From an uncultured delta proteobacterium (GTDB lineage: Bacteria; Myxococcota_A; Polyangia; Fen-1088): a stretch of 24,630 nucleotides of DNA. Below the pieces are notes generated by a model, which did not search any database, was not told where the DNA came from, and was given only the letters and a program-made list of their open reading frames with translations. Each line of letters starts with the position of its first letter. The first letter of the stretch is position 1. This document shows, piece by piece, positions 8,048-17,081 of the stretch. Where the stretch lies: the NCBI GenBank assembly GCA_963796685.1, contig CAWCMR010000024.1, positions 1-24,630 on the forward strand, given 5' to 3'. Both the position numbers and the translations under genes were made by a program.

Positions 8048-10163
8048 ATGACCATGCGACCTTTCTTGCGCAGAGATCTTCTCGGGCTGGTTTTCGCGGT
8101 TTGTGGGTGTCGGGCGACCCCCGCGGTGGGTCCGTCGCACCAACCCCACCCGGTGCCTTCCGCGCTCGCGGCCATTGCTGCGCCGGCCGTCGGGGATCCG
8201 GCCGCGCTCGGATTCGATCCGGCTGCAATCGACCACTCGGTCTCACCCTGCCAGGACTTCTACCAATACGCATGCGGCACCTGGCTCGCGCGCACCCCGA
8301 TTCCGCCCGATCGCCCGGCGTGGTCCCGATCCTTCTCCGCAATCCACGAACGCAACCAGAACATCCTGCACGGCATCCTCGAGGCCTACGCCGCCGGGCA
8401 GGTCAACCCGGGCGAGCCCGACGCGCATCGGGTGGGCGACTTCTACGCCTCCTGCATGGACGAGCCGGCGGTGGCCGAGGCCGGACGGAAAGCCTTGTCC
8501 GACTGGCTGGCCCGCATCGCGGCGGTCTCCAACCTCGACCAATTGGCCGTGCTCGTGCGCTGGATGCAGGACCGCGCCTTCGGTGTGTTCTTCACCTTCG
8601 GCCCGGATCAGGACTTTCGCGACGCCACGCAGATAATAGGCGAAGCCGACCAGGGCGGGCTGGGACTGCCCGATCGCGAATACTACCTGAAGCAGGATCC
8701 GGAATCGCGCAAGCTGCGCCAGGCCTACCGCGGCCACATCGTGCGCATGCTCGTCCTCGCTGGCGAGACCACGACCGCTGCCGCCGCGGACGCCGACGTC
8801 GTGCTGCAGCTCGAAACCCAGCTCGCGCAAGCCTCGATGTCGCTGGTCGACCGGCGGGATCCGGAGAACGTGTACCACCGGATCGATCGCGCCGGCCTCG
8901 AGGCGGCCGCGCCGCATTTTTCGTGGCGGGGTTACTTCGTCGGCGATCTGTCCGAGGTCCGAGCCATCAACGTGGCGGTCCCCGGTTTCTTCGTCGGGCT
9001 CAATCGCCTGCTCGAAGCCACACCTCTTGCCGAGCTTCGTGCCTATTTGCGCTGGCACTCGGTTTCCGACCACGCCATGGCCCTGGGACCGCGCTTCGTC
9101 GACGAGGCCTTCGCGTTTGACAGCCACAATCTGACCGGGGCCAAGGTCCTGCTGCCACGCTGGAAACGTTGTGCGGACGCCACCGATGCGGCCCTCGGCG
9201 AGGCGCTGGCTCAGCCCTTCGTGAAGAAGGTGTTTTCCGCCGATTCCAAGCAGCGTGCCCTGTCCATGGTGCACGACATCGAGGCCGCCTTCGCGCAGGG
9301 AGCTCGAGCAAATCACCTGGATGGACGCGCCCACGCGGGCCGCGGCCTTGGACAAGCTGCAAGCGGTGTTCGACAAGATCGGCTATCCCGAGAAATGGCG
9401 ACGCTACGATCGCGTCCACATCGACCGGCACGACTACATCGAAAACGTCCTGGCCGCGGATGCGTTCGAGAGCGAGCGCCAGGATGCGAAGATCGGCAAG
9501 CCGGTCGACCGCCAGGAATGGGCCATGACGCCCGTGACCGTCAACGCCTACTACAATTCTCAACTCAATGAGATGGTCTTTCCGGCGGGCATTCTGCAAA
9601 CCCCGTTCTTCGCCCCGAGCGCGCCCGACGCCGCCAATTACGGCGCCATCGGCATGGTGATGGGGCACGAGCTGACCCACGGGTTCGACGATGAGGGGCG
9701 CAAGTTCGACAAGAGCGGCAACCTGCGCGCGTGGTGGACCCCGCAAGTGGAACGCGCGTACGAAGAGAGAACCGCGTGCGTGGTCAGGCAATACGCCGGC
9801 TATCACGCCTACGACGAGGTCCCGATCAACGGCAAGCTCACGCTCGGTGAGAACATCGCGGACCTCGGCGGCGTCAAGCTTTCCCTGCAGGCGCTGCTCC
9901 ATCGGACGCAAGCGAATCCGGTCGCAGGGGCGGGGACCAAGGGCGATACCACGGAAGAGCAGCGCTTCTTCCTCGCTCTCGCCCAATCCTGGTGTACCAA
10001 TCGGCGGCCCGAGCTCGAGCGCAGCCTGGCCACCGTCGATCCCCATTCCCCGCCGCGTTTCCGGGTCAACGGCACGCTCAGCGACCTGCCCGCCTTTGCC
10101 TCGGCCTTTGCCTGCCCGGCCGACTCGGCGATGGTGCGGCGCGATCGTTGCAGTGTGTGGTAG
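8048..10163 (+). CDS. M13 family (neprilysin/PepO-like) zinc metallopeptidase, probable lipoprotein; one frameshift as read
   Basis: PCQDFYQYACG, GLGLPDREYY, VNAYY, HELTHGFDD, ENIADLGG and DPHSP motifs. Removing one G at 9298-9300 joins the frames as FAQELEQITWMD. Confidence 0.92.
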
Positions 10164-10225
10164 CACGCTCGGGAGTTGACGCGGGCATGTGCCGGCACCC
10201 GCACCGAAGCAGAGACTCCCCCGCG

Positions 10226-10254
10226 CTGCATGGCATGCTTGGCGTGCCATGCAG
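10226..10254 (+). promoter_or_regulatory. Inverted repeat/hairpin upstream of the ZIP gene
   Basis: CTGCATGGCA-TGC-TTG-GCG-TGCCATGCAG: 10 perfect bp plus 3 inner bp (one G-U). No U-tract; lies just 5' of GGAGG. Confidence 0.45.
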
Positions 10255-10269
10255 AAGAACGGAGGTTCG

Positions 10270-10311
10270 ATGTCCATGATCGCGGTTCATCGCTCGCGGG
10301 GCGCGCCATGA
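10270..10311 (+). CDS. Candidate 13-aa leader peptide MSMIAVHRSRGAP* coupled to the ZIP gene
   Basis: GGAGG at 10261-10265, ATG 10270 (or 10276), and TGA 10309-10311 overlapping the ZIP ATG (ATGA). It could instead be a frameshifted ZIP N-terminus. Confidence 0.3.
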   Translation: MSMIAVHRSRGAP

Positions 10312-11036
10312 GGGTTCCCTGGCTCGCCATTGCGTTGGCAGTGCTGATCGACGGGTGCGCAGGTTTGACGGGCGCGCTCTTGCCCGAAGCGTGGCTGGCC
10401 AGTCGGCGTCAAGCCCTGGTCGGTTTCGCCACCGGCGTGATCCTCGGCGTGGCCTTCCTGGACATCTTGCCCGAGGCTCTGATCAAGGGCGACGCGAAGA
10501 CGATCCTGGGCATCGCCCTGGCCAGCTTCAGCGCCACCGCGGCCTTGGAGTGGTGGCTCGGACATCGCCGCAGCCGCCACGACTCGCACACCATCTTGCC
10601 GACCATGCTGCTCGGCTCCGACGGGCTTCACAATGCCGGCGACGGTGCTGCCATCGCGGCGGCGTTCCTCGCCTCGCCCCGCCTCGGCGTGACGACCGCG
10701 CTCGCGGTGATCGTGCACGAAGTCCCGCAAGAGGTCGGCGACTACGCGATCTTGAGAAGCGCAGGGGTGAGCCGTGGGCGAGCCGTCGTCGCTCTGTCGC
10801 TGGTGCAGCTGACCGCGGGCCTGGGCGCGCTGGCCGCGATCCTGGCGGCCAGCGCCTGGACCTCCGCCACCCGAGGCGTGCTCGGCATCGCCGCGGGAAC
10901 CTTCGTGTACATCGGTGGGTCCGACCTGCTTCCCGAGCTGCTGCACGAATCCCACGACGGTCGGGCCGGCTGGCAGGCGATAGCAGGGTTCTCGGCCGGG
11001 CTTGTCGTGGCGGTGGCAAGCTCGGCGCTCGGCTAG
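10308..11036 (+). CDS. ZIP family divalent metal (Zn/Fe/Mn/Co) transporter
   Basis: GVILGVAFLDILPEA, DGLHNAGDG and VHEVPQEVGD signature helices, short His loop HRRSRHDSH, multiple TM segments. Confidence 0.92.
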   Translation: MRVPWLAIALAVLIDGCAGLTGALLPEAWLASRRQALVGFATGVILGVAFLDILPEALIKGDAKTILGIALASFSATAALEWWLGHRRSRHDSHTILPTMLLGSDGLHNAGDGAAIAAAFLASPRLGVTTALAVIVHEVPQEVGDYAILRSAGVSRGRAVVALSLVQLTAGLGALAAILAASAWTSATRGVLGIAAGTFVYIGGSDLLPELLHESHDGRAGWQAIAGFSAGLVVAVASSALG

Positions 11037-11087
11037 TCGACCACGAGGGTGCGCGGAGCTTCCGCTAGCGCCACCGATGTCTCGAGT

Positions 11088-11606
11088 GTCGACGCCGTGC
11101 TCTTCGCGCATTTCTTCCTCGATGAACGCGATGGCGGCCTTGAATGCCTCGGCCGAGGCACCATCGGTGTTGCGCGTCTCGAGGGAGGCCTTGACCACCT
11201 TCTGCAGCGAGCCCGGGGTTCTTCCCAGCCCATCCAGGATGGTTCGCCCTTTGCGCGTGATGACCGAGTTGTCGATGCCGAACGGACAGAACTGGGCGCA
11301 GCGACGGCAGGTGGTGCACGAGTAGAGAAGATCTCGCCACTCCTCGAACCTGGCTGGGTCGAAGTCCCTCGCGCCCACCAGCCTACCGAAGAGCTTGCCC
11401 GTCACGGTGCTGTGTCGCCGGTAGAGGCCTCTGATGAGGTCGGAGCGATTGGCCGGGTTGTATTTCGGATCGCGTTTCCCCTGGTAGACGGGACAAACCT
11501 CGGCGCAGGTACCGCACTTCGCGCAAATGTCCATGTACAGACGGAGCGCGCGCGGACCACCCTTGATGGCCTTGACAGCAGTGACGACCGTTTCCTGGTC
11601 GCTCAT
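11088..11606 (-). pseudogene. dsrK: DsrK/HdrD-like Fe-S protein, only the N-terminal ~173 aa present (CCG domains missing)
   Basis: LRLYMDICAKCGTCAEVCP, DPKYNPANRSDLIRGLYRR and YSCTTCRRCAQFCPFGID match the DsrK N-terminus. Resemblance stops after EEHGVD, and the ORF then runs antisense through the ZIP gene. Confidence 0.78.
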
Positions 11607-12313
11607 GGCTGACTCCTCTTGATGAGAGAGAACGTAAAGAAGAACCCGCCGAAGTGCATGAGCTTCGAGAACGCCATGTAGAGAATCAGAAGCTCTGCCA
11701 AGAATATGTGCACGAGAAACGTCGGGTAGGGGGGCACGGCCGGTGACAGGGTGAATAGGGAAGCGGCCCAGGTTCGGGTCACGGCGAGGCCGACATGCAT
11801 GGTGCCAAACCGCATCAGGTTACCGGTGGTGATGACCGCAACCAACAGCAACAGCGCCAGAAAGTCGGGCACCGCGGAAATCTCACGAACCCGCCCCACG
11901 AGCACTCGACGCGCGAGCAAGGTCACCACGGCCGCCAGCAGCACGATGCCCGCGGTGCCGCCGGCGATGGTGGAGAGTCCTGCGATGCTTCCGCGACCCA
12001 GGCCCATACCGCCCATCGCTCGATCGAGCACACCCGTCAGGACTCGCAGGTGGCCGACGAAGGCGGTCGCCAAGGTCACGTGGAAAGACCAAGCCAGAAG
12101 CCACATGGTCTTGTCCCCCCGAAAAAGGCTCGGGAAGAACAGCGCCTCCTTGGCGAGCTCCTTGAAGCCCGCGCCCTTCGTCGGATAGAGCGTGATCAGG
12201 CCCGGCTGAGGCACGCGCTTCCACCCCACGAGGCGGATCACGACGCCAATCAGGAACACAACGATGGCCATGTACGGTAGGACGCCACCTACCATGAATG
12301 CAGCGTTGCTCAT
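11603..12313 (-). CDS. dsrM: DsrM/NarI-family di-heme cytochrome b membrane subunit
   Basis: AAGGAGGT RBS 7 nt before ATG 12313. Motifs ELAKEALFFPSLFR, WSFH...GHLR, RVREIS...DFLAL and HIFLAELL...FSKLMH (heme-ligand His). ATGA overlap with the dsrK-like gene. Confidence 0.82.
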   Translation of the reverse strand: MSNAAFMVGGVLPYMAIVVFLIGVVIRLVGWKRVPQPGLITLYPTKGAGFKELAKEALFFPSLFRGDKTMWLLAWSFHVTLATAFVGHLRVLTGVLDRAMGGMGLGRGSIAGLSTIAGGTAGIVLLAAVVTLLARRVLVGRVREISAVPDFLALLLLVAVITTGNLMRFGTMHVGLAVTRTWAASLFTLSPAVPPYPTFLVHIFLAELLILYMAFSKLMHFGGFFFTFSLIKRSQP

Positions 12314-12381
12314 GTCCATGACCTCCTTGTTCAGGGTCTTAGCCACACCTTCCGCGGCGACTCCCTCGCCCGTACCGAATC

Positions 12382-12397
12382 AGCAATAACCGTGCCG
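12382..12397 (-). promoter_or_regulatory. sigma54 -24/-12 promoter for the dsrMK-like genes
   Basis: The minus strand reads CGGCACG-GTTA-TTGCT versus consensus TGGCACG-N4-TTGCW, about 70 nt upstream of the start codon. Confidence 0.7.
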
Positions 12398-12592
12398 CGC
12401 TTTGCGTGGACGTGCCGATGCGAGCCGATCAGGCCCAAGACCCCCCACAATTGGCGCGGATGGGTATCTCTGGTGTGCTTTGGGCCGGGATCCTGCTTCA
12501 GGCGGTCCATCATATTCAACGGACATGCCGTCATATATGCTGGGCCCTACCGAGCGGTCGATGTCGCCCGGACCTCCACGCCAGAGCAAGCC

Positions 12593-13654
12593 CTACTTCG
12601 CGCAACTGGTGGCGAGTGCGGGCGGCGTGGACAGCGGATAGGCCCGCGAGTGTGTGATCTCGATTCCCAGGTGGCAGCCTGCCTCCACGCCGCGCAACAA
12701 GCTTGATCGACGCGGAAACTGAGCGATGATCGGCTGTCCGTTTTGCAGGGTCGCCTCGACGCGAACGCGGTCGCCAATAGGCAGCACCCGATCTGTGACC
12801 GCCAGGCCTTGGCTCTCCACCCGAAAGAGCTTGATGTCGTAGGGGCGGATCACCAGCCTCACCTGCGTTCCGTCTTGGTGGTGGACGGGCACCTCAAGCG
12901 CACCGATGGTCGCCTGTCCGTTACGAACGACTGCATCGTAGACGTTGACGTCGCCGACGAAGCGGGCGACGAACTCCGTGGCGGGTTCATCGAGGATTTG
13001 GAGAGGTGTGCCTATCTGCTCGAGGCGGCCCTTGTTGATGATCACCACGCGATCCGCGACGCTGAACGCCTCCTCCTGATCGTGCGTGACGAATAGAGTG
13101 GTGGCGTGTAATTCATCGTGCAGGCGCCGGAGCCACCGGCGTAACTCCTCCCGCACCTTCGCGTCGACGGCCCCGAAAGGTTCGTCGAGCAGGAGCACGC
13201 GCGGCTGCGGCGCGAGAGCGCGCGCGAGCGCGACGCGCTGGCGCTGGCCACCCGAGAGTTGGTGCGGGAAGCGCCCCTCGAGGCCTTTGAGCCCCACGAG
13301 CCCCAGCAGAGCACCGACCCTCCGGCGTTGCGCGGGGCGGTCCACGCCCTGCACCTTGAGGCCGAATGCGACGTTCTCACCCACCGTCATGTGTTTGAAC
13401 AGAGCGTAGTGCTGAAAGACGAACCCAACCTGGCGAGAACGCGCGTGCAGGTGGTCGACGCGTTCTCCGCCAAGCTCGACCCTACCGCCGTCGGAGTCTT
13501 CCAGACCTGCGATGATGCGCAAGATGGTGCTCTTGCCGCCGCCCGAGGGGCCGAGCAGGGCGACGAGCTCGCCATCGGCGATCTCGAAGCTGACGTCGTC
13601 GACCGCGGCGAACTCGCCGAAGCGCTTGGCCAAATTTCGGATTCGTATTGCCAT
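12593..13654 (-). CDS. cysA: Sulfate/thiosulfate ABC transporter ATP-binding protein
   Basis: Walker [70 protein letters not shown]-terminal TOBE-like region. Confidence 0.95.
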   Translation of the reverse strand: MAIRIRNLAKRFGEFAAVDDVSFEIADGELVALLGPSGGGKSTILRIIAGLEDSDGGRVELGGERVDHLHARSRQVGFVFQHYALFKHMTVGENVAFGLKVQGVDRPAQRRRVGALLGLVGLKGLEGRFPHQLSGGQRQRVALARALAPQPRVLLLDEPFGAVDAKVREELRRWLRRLHDELHATTLFVTHDQEEAFSVADRVVIINKGRLEQIGTPLQILDEPATEFVARFVGDVNVYDAVVRNGQATIGALEVPVHHQDGTQVRLVIRPYDIKLFRVESQGLAVTDRVLPIGDRVRVEATLQNGQPIIAQFPRRSSLLRGVEAGCHLGIEITHSRAYPLSTPPALATSCAK

Positions 13655-13655
13655 A

Positions 13656-14456
13656 CTACCTTTCCTTGGGAGGTGCCTTGAGCCACTCGAGAAGTCCGAG
13701 CACGATCATGCTTGCCAACGCGAGCAGCAGCGCCATGCCGAAAGCGGCGCCCTCCTTGCGTTCCTCGGTTGCGGCATAGATGAAGATGGTCGCTGACTGT
13801 GTCCTGCCGGAAATGGCGCCGCCAAGGATCAGCACCGCACCGAACTCACCCAAGGCGCGCGCCAGGCTCAACGTCGCTCCGCATGCCAATCCGTGCTTGA
13901 TATTGGGCAGGGTGACATTCCAGAAGGTCTGCCAGGCAGATGCCCCTAGCGTCACGGCGGCCTCCTCGTCGCTCGTGCCGACCTCCTCCAGCACCCCCGC
14001 GACTTCGCGCAGGGTGAAGGGCAGCGTGACGAAGAGCGTGGCGATGACCAGTCCTGGAAACGCGAACGTCACCTTCCATCCGAGGGCGGCCAGCGGCGCT
14101 TCCAGCCAGCCAGCGCGACCGAAGACCAGCAGGAACGCGAGCCCGGTCATGACCGGGGACACGGTGAGTGGCAGATCGATGAGGATGTCGAGCACCGTGC
14201 GCCCCCAGAAGCGCTGGCGGACAATCACGAGCGCGGCGACGATGCCGAACAGTCCATTGACGAGGACGGCAATCGCGGCGAGCACCGCCGTCAACATCAT
14301 CGCGTGGACGGCATCGTGATGGCCCAGCTCGGCTAGCACGGTGCCAACTCCTGCGTCGATGACCCGAAGGACGATCGCAATGATCGGCACCAGGACCAGT
14401 GCACCTAGATAGCCAATGACGGCTATGAAAAGGAGGGCTTTCCAGGGAATGCGCAT
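13656..14456 (-). CDS. cysW: Sulfate ABC transporter permease CysW
   Basis: [50 protein letters not shown] and [10 protein letters not shown]. Start set at ATG 14456. Confidence 0.92.
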   Translation of the reverse strand: MRIPWKALLFIAVIGYLGALVLVPIIAIVLRVIDAGVGTVLAELGHHDAVHAMMLTAVLAAIAVLVNGLFGIVAALVIVRQRFWGRTVLDILIDLPLTVSPVMTGLAFLLVFGRAGWLEAPLAALGWKVTFAFPGLVIATLFVTLPFTLREVAGVLEEVGTSDEEAAVTLGASAWQTFWNVTLPNIKHGLACGATLSLARALGEFGAVLILGGAISGRTQSATIFIYAATEERKEGAAFGMALLLALASMIVLGLLEWLKAPPKER

Positions 14457-14478
14457 GTCGAATTTCTTCAAGGCCGTC

Positions 14479-15312
14479 CTAGACGCGCCGGTGACCGGCA
14501 AGGTAGCGCTCAAGACCCCGTACAGCCAGCAGAAGCACCGCGGCCAGCGCCAGTAACACCAGGGACACCGCAGCCGCGGTCTCGGGGGAACCGCTTTCGA
14601 CTTCACCGAAGATGAATACCGGGATGGTCAACGTACGTGATGGGATGTTGCCCGAGACCACGACGATTGAGCCAAACTCCGCCAGGGCACGGGCGAAGCT
14701 TTGCAGCGTGCCGGTGGTGATCGCGGGCAGCAGCGGTGGAAGCAGGATCTGGAAGAAGATGCGCAGGTCGCTCGCACCCAGCGTCCGTGCTGCTTCCTCC
14801 TCGGACGGATCGAGCTCGCGCAGGACAGGTTCGACGGCGCGCACCACCATGGGCAGATTGATGAACAGCAGCGCGAGGACGATTCCCGGCGTGGCAAAGA
14901 CGATGTCGACGCCCCGTCCGGCGAGGAAGCCGCCCAGCTTGGACTGGGGCCCGAGCAAGACGACGATCATCATGCCCGCCACCAGCGTGGGAATGGCCAG
15001 GGGCAGATCCACCAGCGACGCGAGGAACCGCCGTCCCCGGAAGTCGTGGCGCACCAGCAGCCAAGCGGTAAAGGTGCCCATCACCGCGTTTACGACCGAC
15101 ATGAGCGTGGCGGTCCAGAGGGTAAGCGAGAAGGCCGCGCGCGCCGTGGGGGCCATCAGGGTGCGTGCGATTCCCGCCGGACCCATCGAGCCCCCCTTGA
15201 CCACGAGCGCGGCCAAAGGCACAACGACGAGGATACCGACGTAGAGGGCCACGCTCGCGCGCAGGGCGATCCCTCCGGTCCCGTGGCGAACGGCACGACT
15301 GATACCGCTCAT
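14479..15312 (-). CDS. cysT: Sulfate ABC transporter permease CysT (CysU)
   Basis: LVDLPLAIPTLVAG, LPMVVRAVEPVL, EEAARTLGAS and FARALAEFGSIVVVSGNIP. ATGA overlap with the sbp stop. Confidence 0.92.
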   Translation of the reverse strand: MSGISRAVRHGTGGIALRASVALYVGILVVVPLAALVVKGGSMGPAGIARTLMAPTARAAFSLTLWTATLMSVVNAVMGTFTAWLLVRHDFRGRRFLASLVDLPLAIPTLVAGMMIVVLLGPQSKLGGFLAGRGVDIVFATPGIVLALLFINLPMVVRAVEPVLRELDPSEEEAARTLGASDLRIFFQILLPPLLPAITTGTLQSFARALAEFGSIVVVSGNIPSRTLTIPVFIFGEVESGSPETAAAVSLVLLALAAVLLLAVRGLERYLAGHRRV

Positions 15313-16388
15313 CTGTCCGCGCCTGCGAGAGCGGTTGCCTTCTCGTACGCCCCCTCTGGACCGAAGACCGTTTTGTCGACGCCCACCCAGCCGCCGAGAT
15401 CCTCGATGGTGAAAAGATCGGTCACGCCTGGGAATTGCTCGGCCAGCGCCCTTGCGATCTCGGGATCGACCGGCCGGTAGCCGAAGCCAGCGAACGCTTC
15501 CTGTGCCGCCTTGCTGACAAGATAGGCCACGAAAGCCCGCGCAATGTCCGTGTTGCCGTGGCGGTCCGCGTACCCGTCGACCACCGCAACCGGATTCTCG
15601 ATGAGGATGGTCGATGTCGGGACGACGTAGTCGTATGCCTTGCCGGATTTCTTGGCGACCAGGATCTCGTTCTCGTAGGTAATGATTGCGTCGCCGATCC
15701 CGTTCTCGAACGTCAGCATCGATTCGCGCGCACCCTTGTCCATGATCTGCACGTTCTTGATGATGCGACCGAGGAGCGCGACCGCCCCGGCGCTGTCCCC
15801 GGCCTTGACGCCGGCCTTGCCTCGCAAGGCAGCGCCCCAGATGGCTAGGATGTTCCACATGGCACCACCGCTCGTGCGAACATTGGGGGTAAGCACCTTG
15901 ATCCCCGGCTTGGCCAGATCGGTCCATTGCTTGATAGCCTTCGGGTTTCCCGTCCGCACGCCGATGACAACGATCGAGCGCGAAACCATGCCCTTGGTGG
16001 TGGTCGCCCTCCAGTCGCTCGTGATGAGGCCCGCATCCGCAATCTTCTTGATGTCCGGATCGAGCGACAGCGCTGCGACGTCGGCCTCGAATCCACCGAC
16101 GATAGCCCGCGCTTGCGCGCCCGAGCCCAGGTACGACTCCTCGAACTTCAGGACTTCGCCCTTCTCGGCTTGCCACTTCGCCTGAAAGGCGGGCAAGAGC
16201 GATTTTTCGTACACTTCGCGCGGGGTGGTGTAGGCACCCAGAGTCAGCGTGCGCGTGGGCCTCGCCACGACTGGTGTTGGCGCCCATCGCGGCAGATTGG
16301 CTGGAGTCTTGTGGCTCCGGCAGGCCACAACGACGAAGGTTGTTGCAATCAGGGTGGGCAGCACCCAAACGCGTGCGTGCGTCATCAT
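15309..16388 (-). CDS. sbp: Sulfate ABC transporter substrate-binding lipoprotein (Sbp/CysP family)
   Basis: SYLGSGAQARAIVGGFEADV, GNPKAIKQWTDL, TPNVRTSGGAMWN, GDAIITYENE and TILIENPVAVVD. Lipobox VVAC, AAAGGA RBS before ATG 16388. Confidence 0.94.
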   Translation of the reverse strand: MMTHARVWVLPTLIATTFVVVACRSHKTPANLPRWAPTPVVARPTRTLTLGAYTTPREVYEKSLLPAFQAKWQAEKGEVLKFEESYLGSGAQARAIVGGFEADVAALSLDPDIKKIADAGLITSDWRATTTKGMVSRSIVVIGVRTGNPKAIKQWTDLAKPGIKVLTPNVRTSGGAMWNILAIWGAALRGKAGVKAGDSAGAVALLGRIIKNVQIMDKGARESMLTFENGIGDAIITYENEILVAKKSGKAYDYVVPTSTILIENPVAVVDGYADRHGNTDIARAFVAYLVSKAAQEAFAGFGYRPVDPEIARALAEQFPGVTDLFTIEDLGGWVGVDKTVFGPEGAYEKATALAGADR

Positions 16389-16409
16389 GGACAGTCCTTT
16401 CGACAACGG

Positions 16410-16565
16410 TCATTCATCAAGAGGGAGCTCCGAGATATCGCTTTCAGGAAATTGGCGAGGCTCCCGGATGGCAAGACCGAGGAGCAGTTGGAGGCATACG
16501 ACGGGCGCCATGAGCAGCGCAGCGATAGCGCAGAGGCTTCCGAAGAGCGCAATGAGGATGCTCAC
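16410..16565 (-). CDS. Small hydrophobic hypothetical protein (about 51 aa) at the head of the sulfate operon
   Basis: GGGAGA precedes GTG 16565. About 33 hydrophobic residues followed by an acidic tail (FPESDISELPLDE). The longer start at 16661 overlaps the sigma54 promoter. Confidence 0.4.
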   Translation of the reverse strand: MSILIALFGSLCAIAALLMAPVVCLQLLLGLAIREPRQFPESDISELPLDE

Positions 16566-16644
16566 GGCGCGGGTTCTCCCGGCTTCGATGACCATTCCTG
16601 CAATCCGCTTGGAATCATGTGCATGTGCGGCCGTAGCACCGAGG

Positions 16645-16660
16645 TGCAAGGGGAGTGCCA
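16645..16660 (-). promoter_or_regulatory. sigma54 -24/-12 promoter for sbp-cysTWA
   Basis: The minus strand reads TGGCACT-CCCC-TTGCA, a near-perfect consensus. Confidence 0.78.
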
Positions 16661-17000
16661 CGCCACCATGGTTTCCAGGATACTGGAATTACTACATATG
16701 CAACGAGACAAGAGGCTCGCCGGAAGCCTGTGCCCATCGTATGCGATGGGCGAGCCAGCAAATATGACGGTAGCCGGACACGGGCCCTGCCTTCGATCCT
16801 GTGTTCGGTTGGCACTGGGGGGGAAGCACGAGAGGCTCGCCATTCGCCTCGCCTAATGGGCTGCAGAATCCAGCAATTTCTTAGGCCATTATCGTTGAGC
16901 TGAGTGATCCGCGGTGAGTGACCAGCGTCAGGAAGCACAAGCCGTGAACAGGCGATGCCATCGCCGCGTTCCTCGCAAGTGGCGGCCCCCGAATCGTGAG

Positions 17001-17016
17001 TGGCCTGGGCCTTGCA
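17001..17016 (+). promoter_or_regulatory. sigma54 -24/-12 promoter for the porin gene
   Basis: TGGCCTG-GGCC-TTGCA with correct GG-N10-GC spacing, 65 nt upstream of ATG 17082. Confidence 0.65.
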
Positions 17017-17081
17017 GGCTGTCCAGCGGACATCGACATAGCGTCTCAAAAGAGACGTGCGTCCAGTTTACAGGAGCAACC

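Noticed and set aside
9290-9310. Programmed frameshifting in the M13 peptidase
   Set aside because: There is no slippery heptamer, and a single extra G in a GGG run matches the error pattern elsewhere.
10231-10250. TGGCA motifs resembling a sigma54 promoter before the ZIP gene
   Set aside because: The GG-to-GC spacing is wrong on both strands; better explained as an inverted repeat.
10287-11087. C-terminal 266 aa of the 439-aa dsrK ORF as a novel fused domain
   Set aside because: It is almost entirely the antisense read-through of the ZIP gene.
14479-16413. Apparent 644-aa fusion ending in CysT
   Set aside because: The N-terminal part is an alternate frame over sbp. CysT starts at 15312 with an ATGA overlap.
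16810-16827. TGGCACT-G7-AAGC as another sigma54 site
   Set aside because: There is no TTGC at the required distance.
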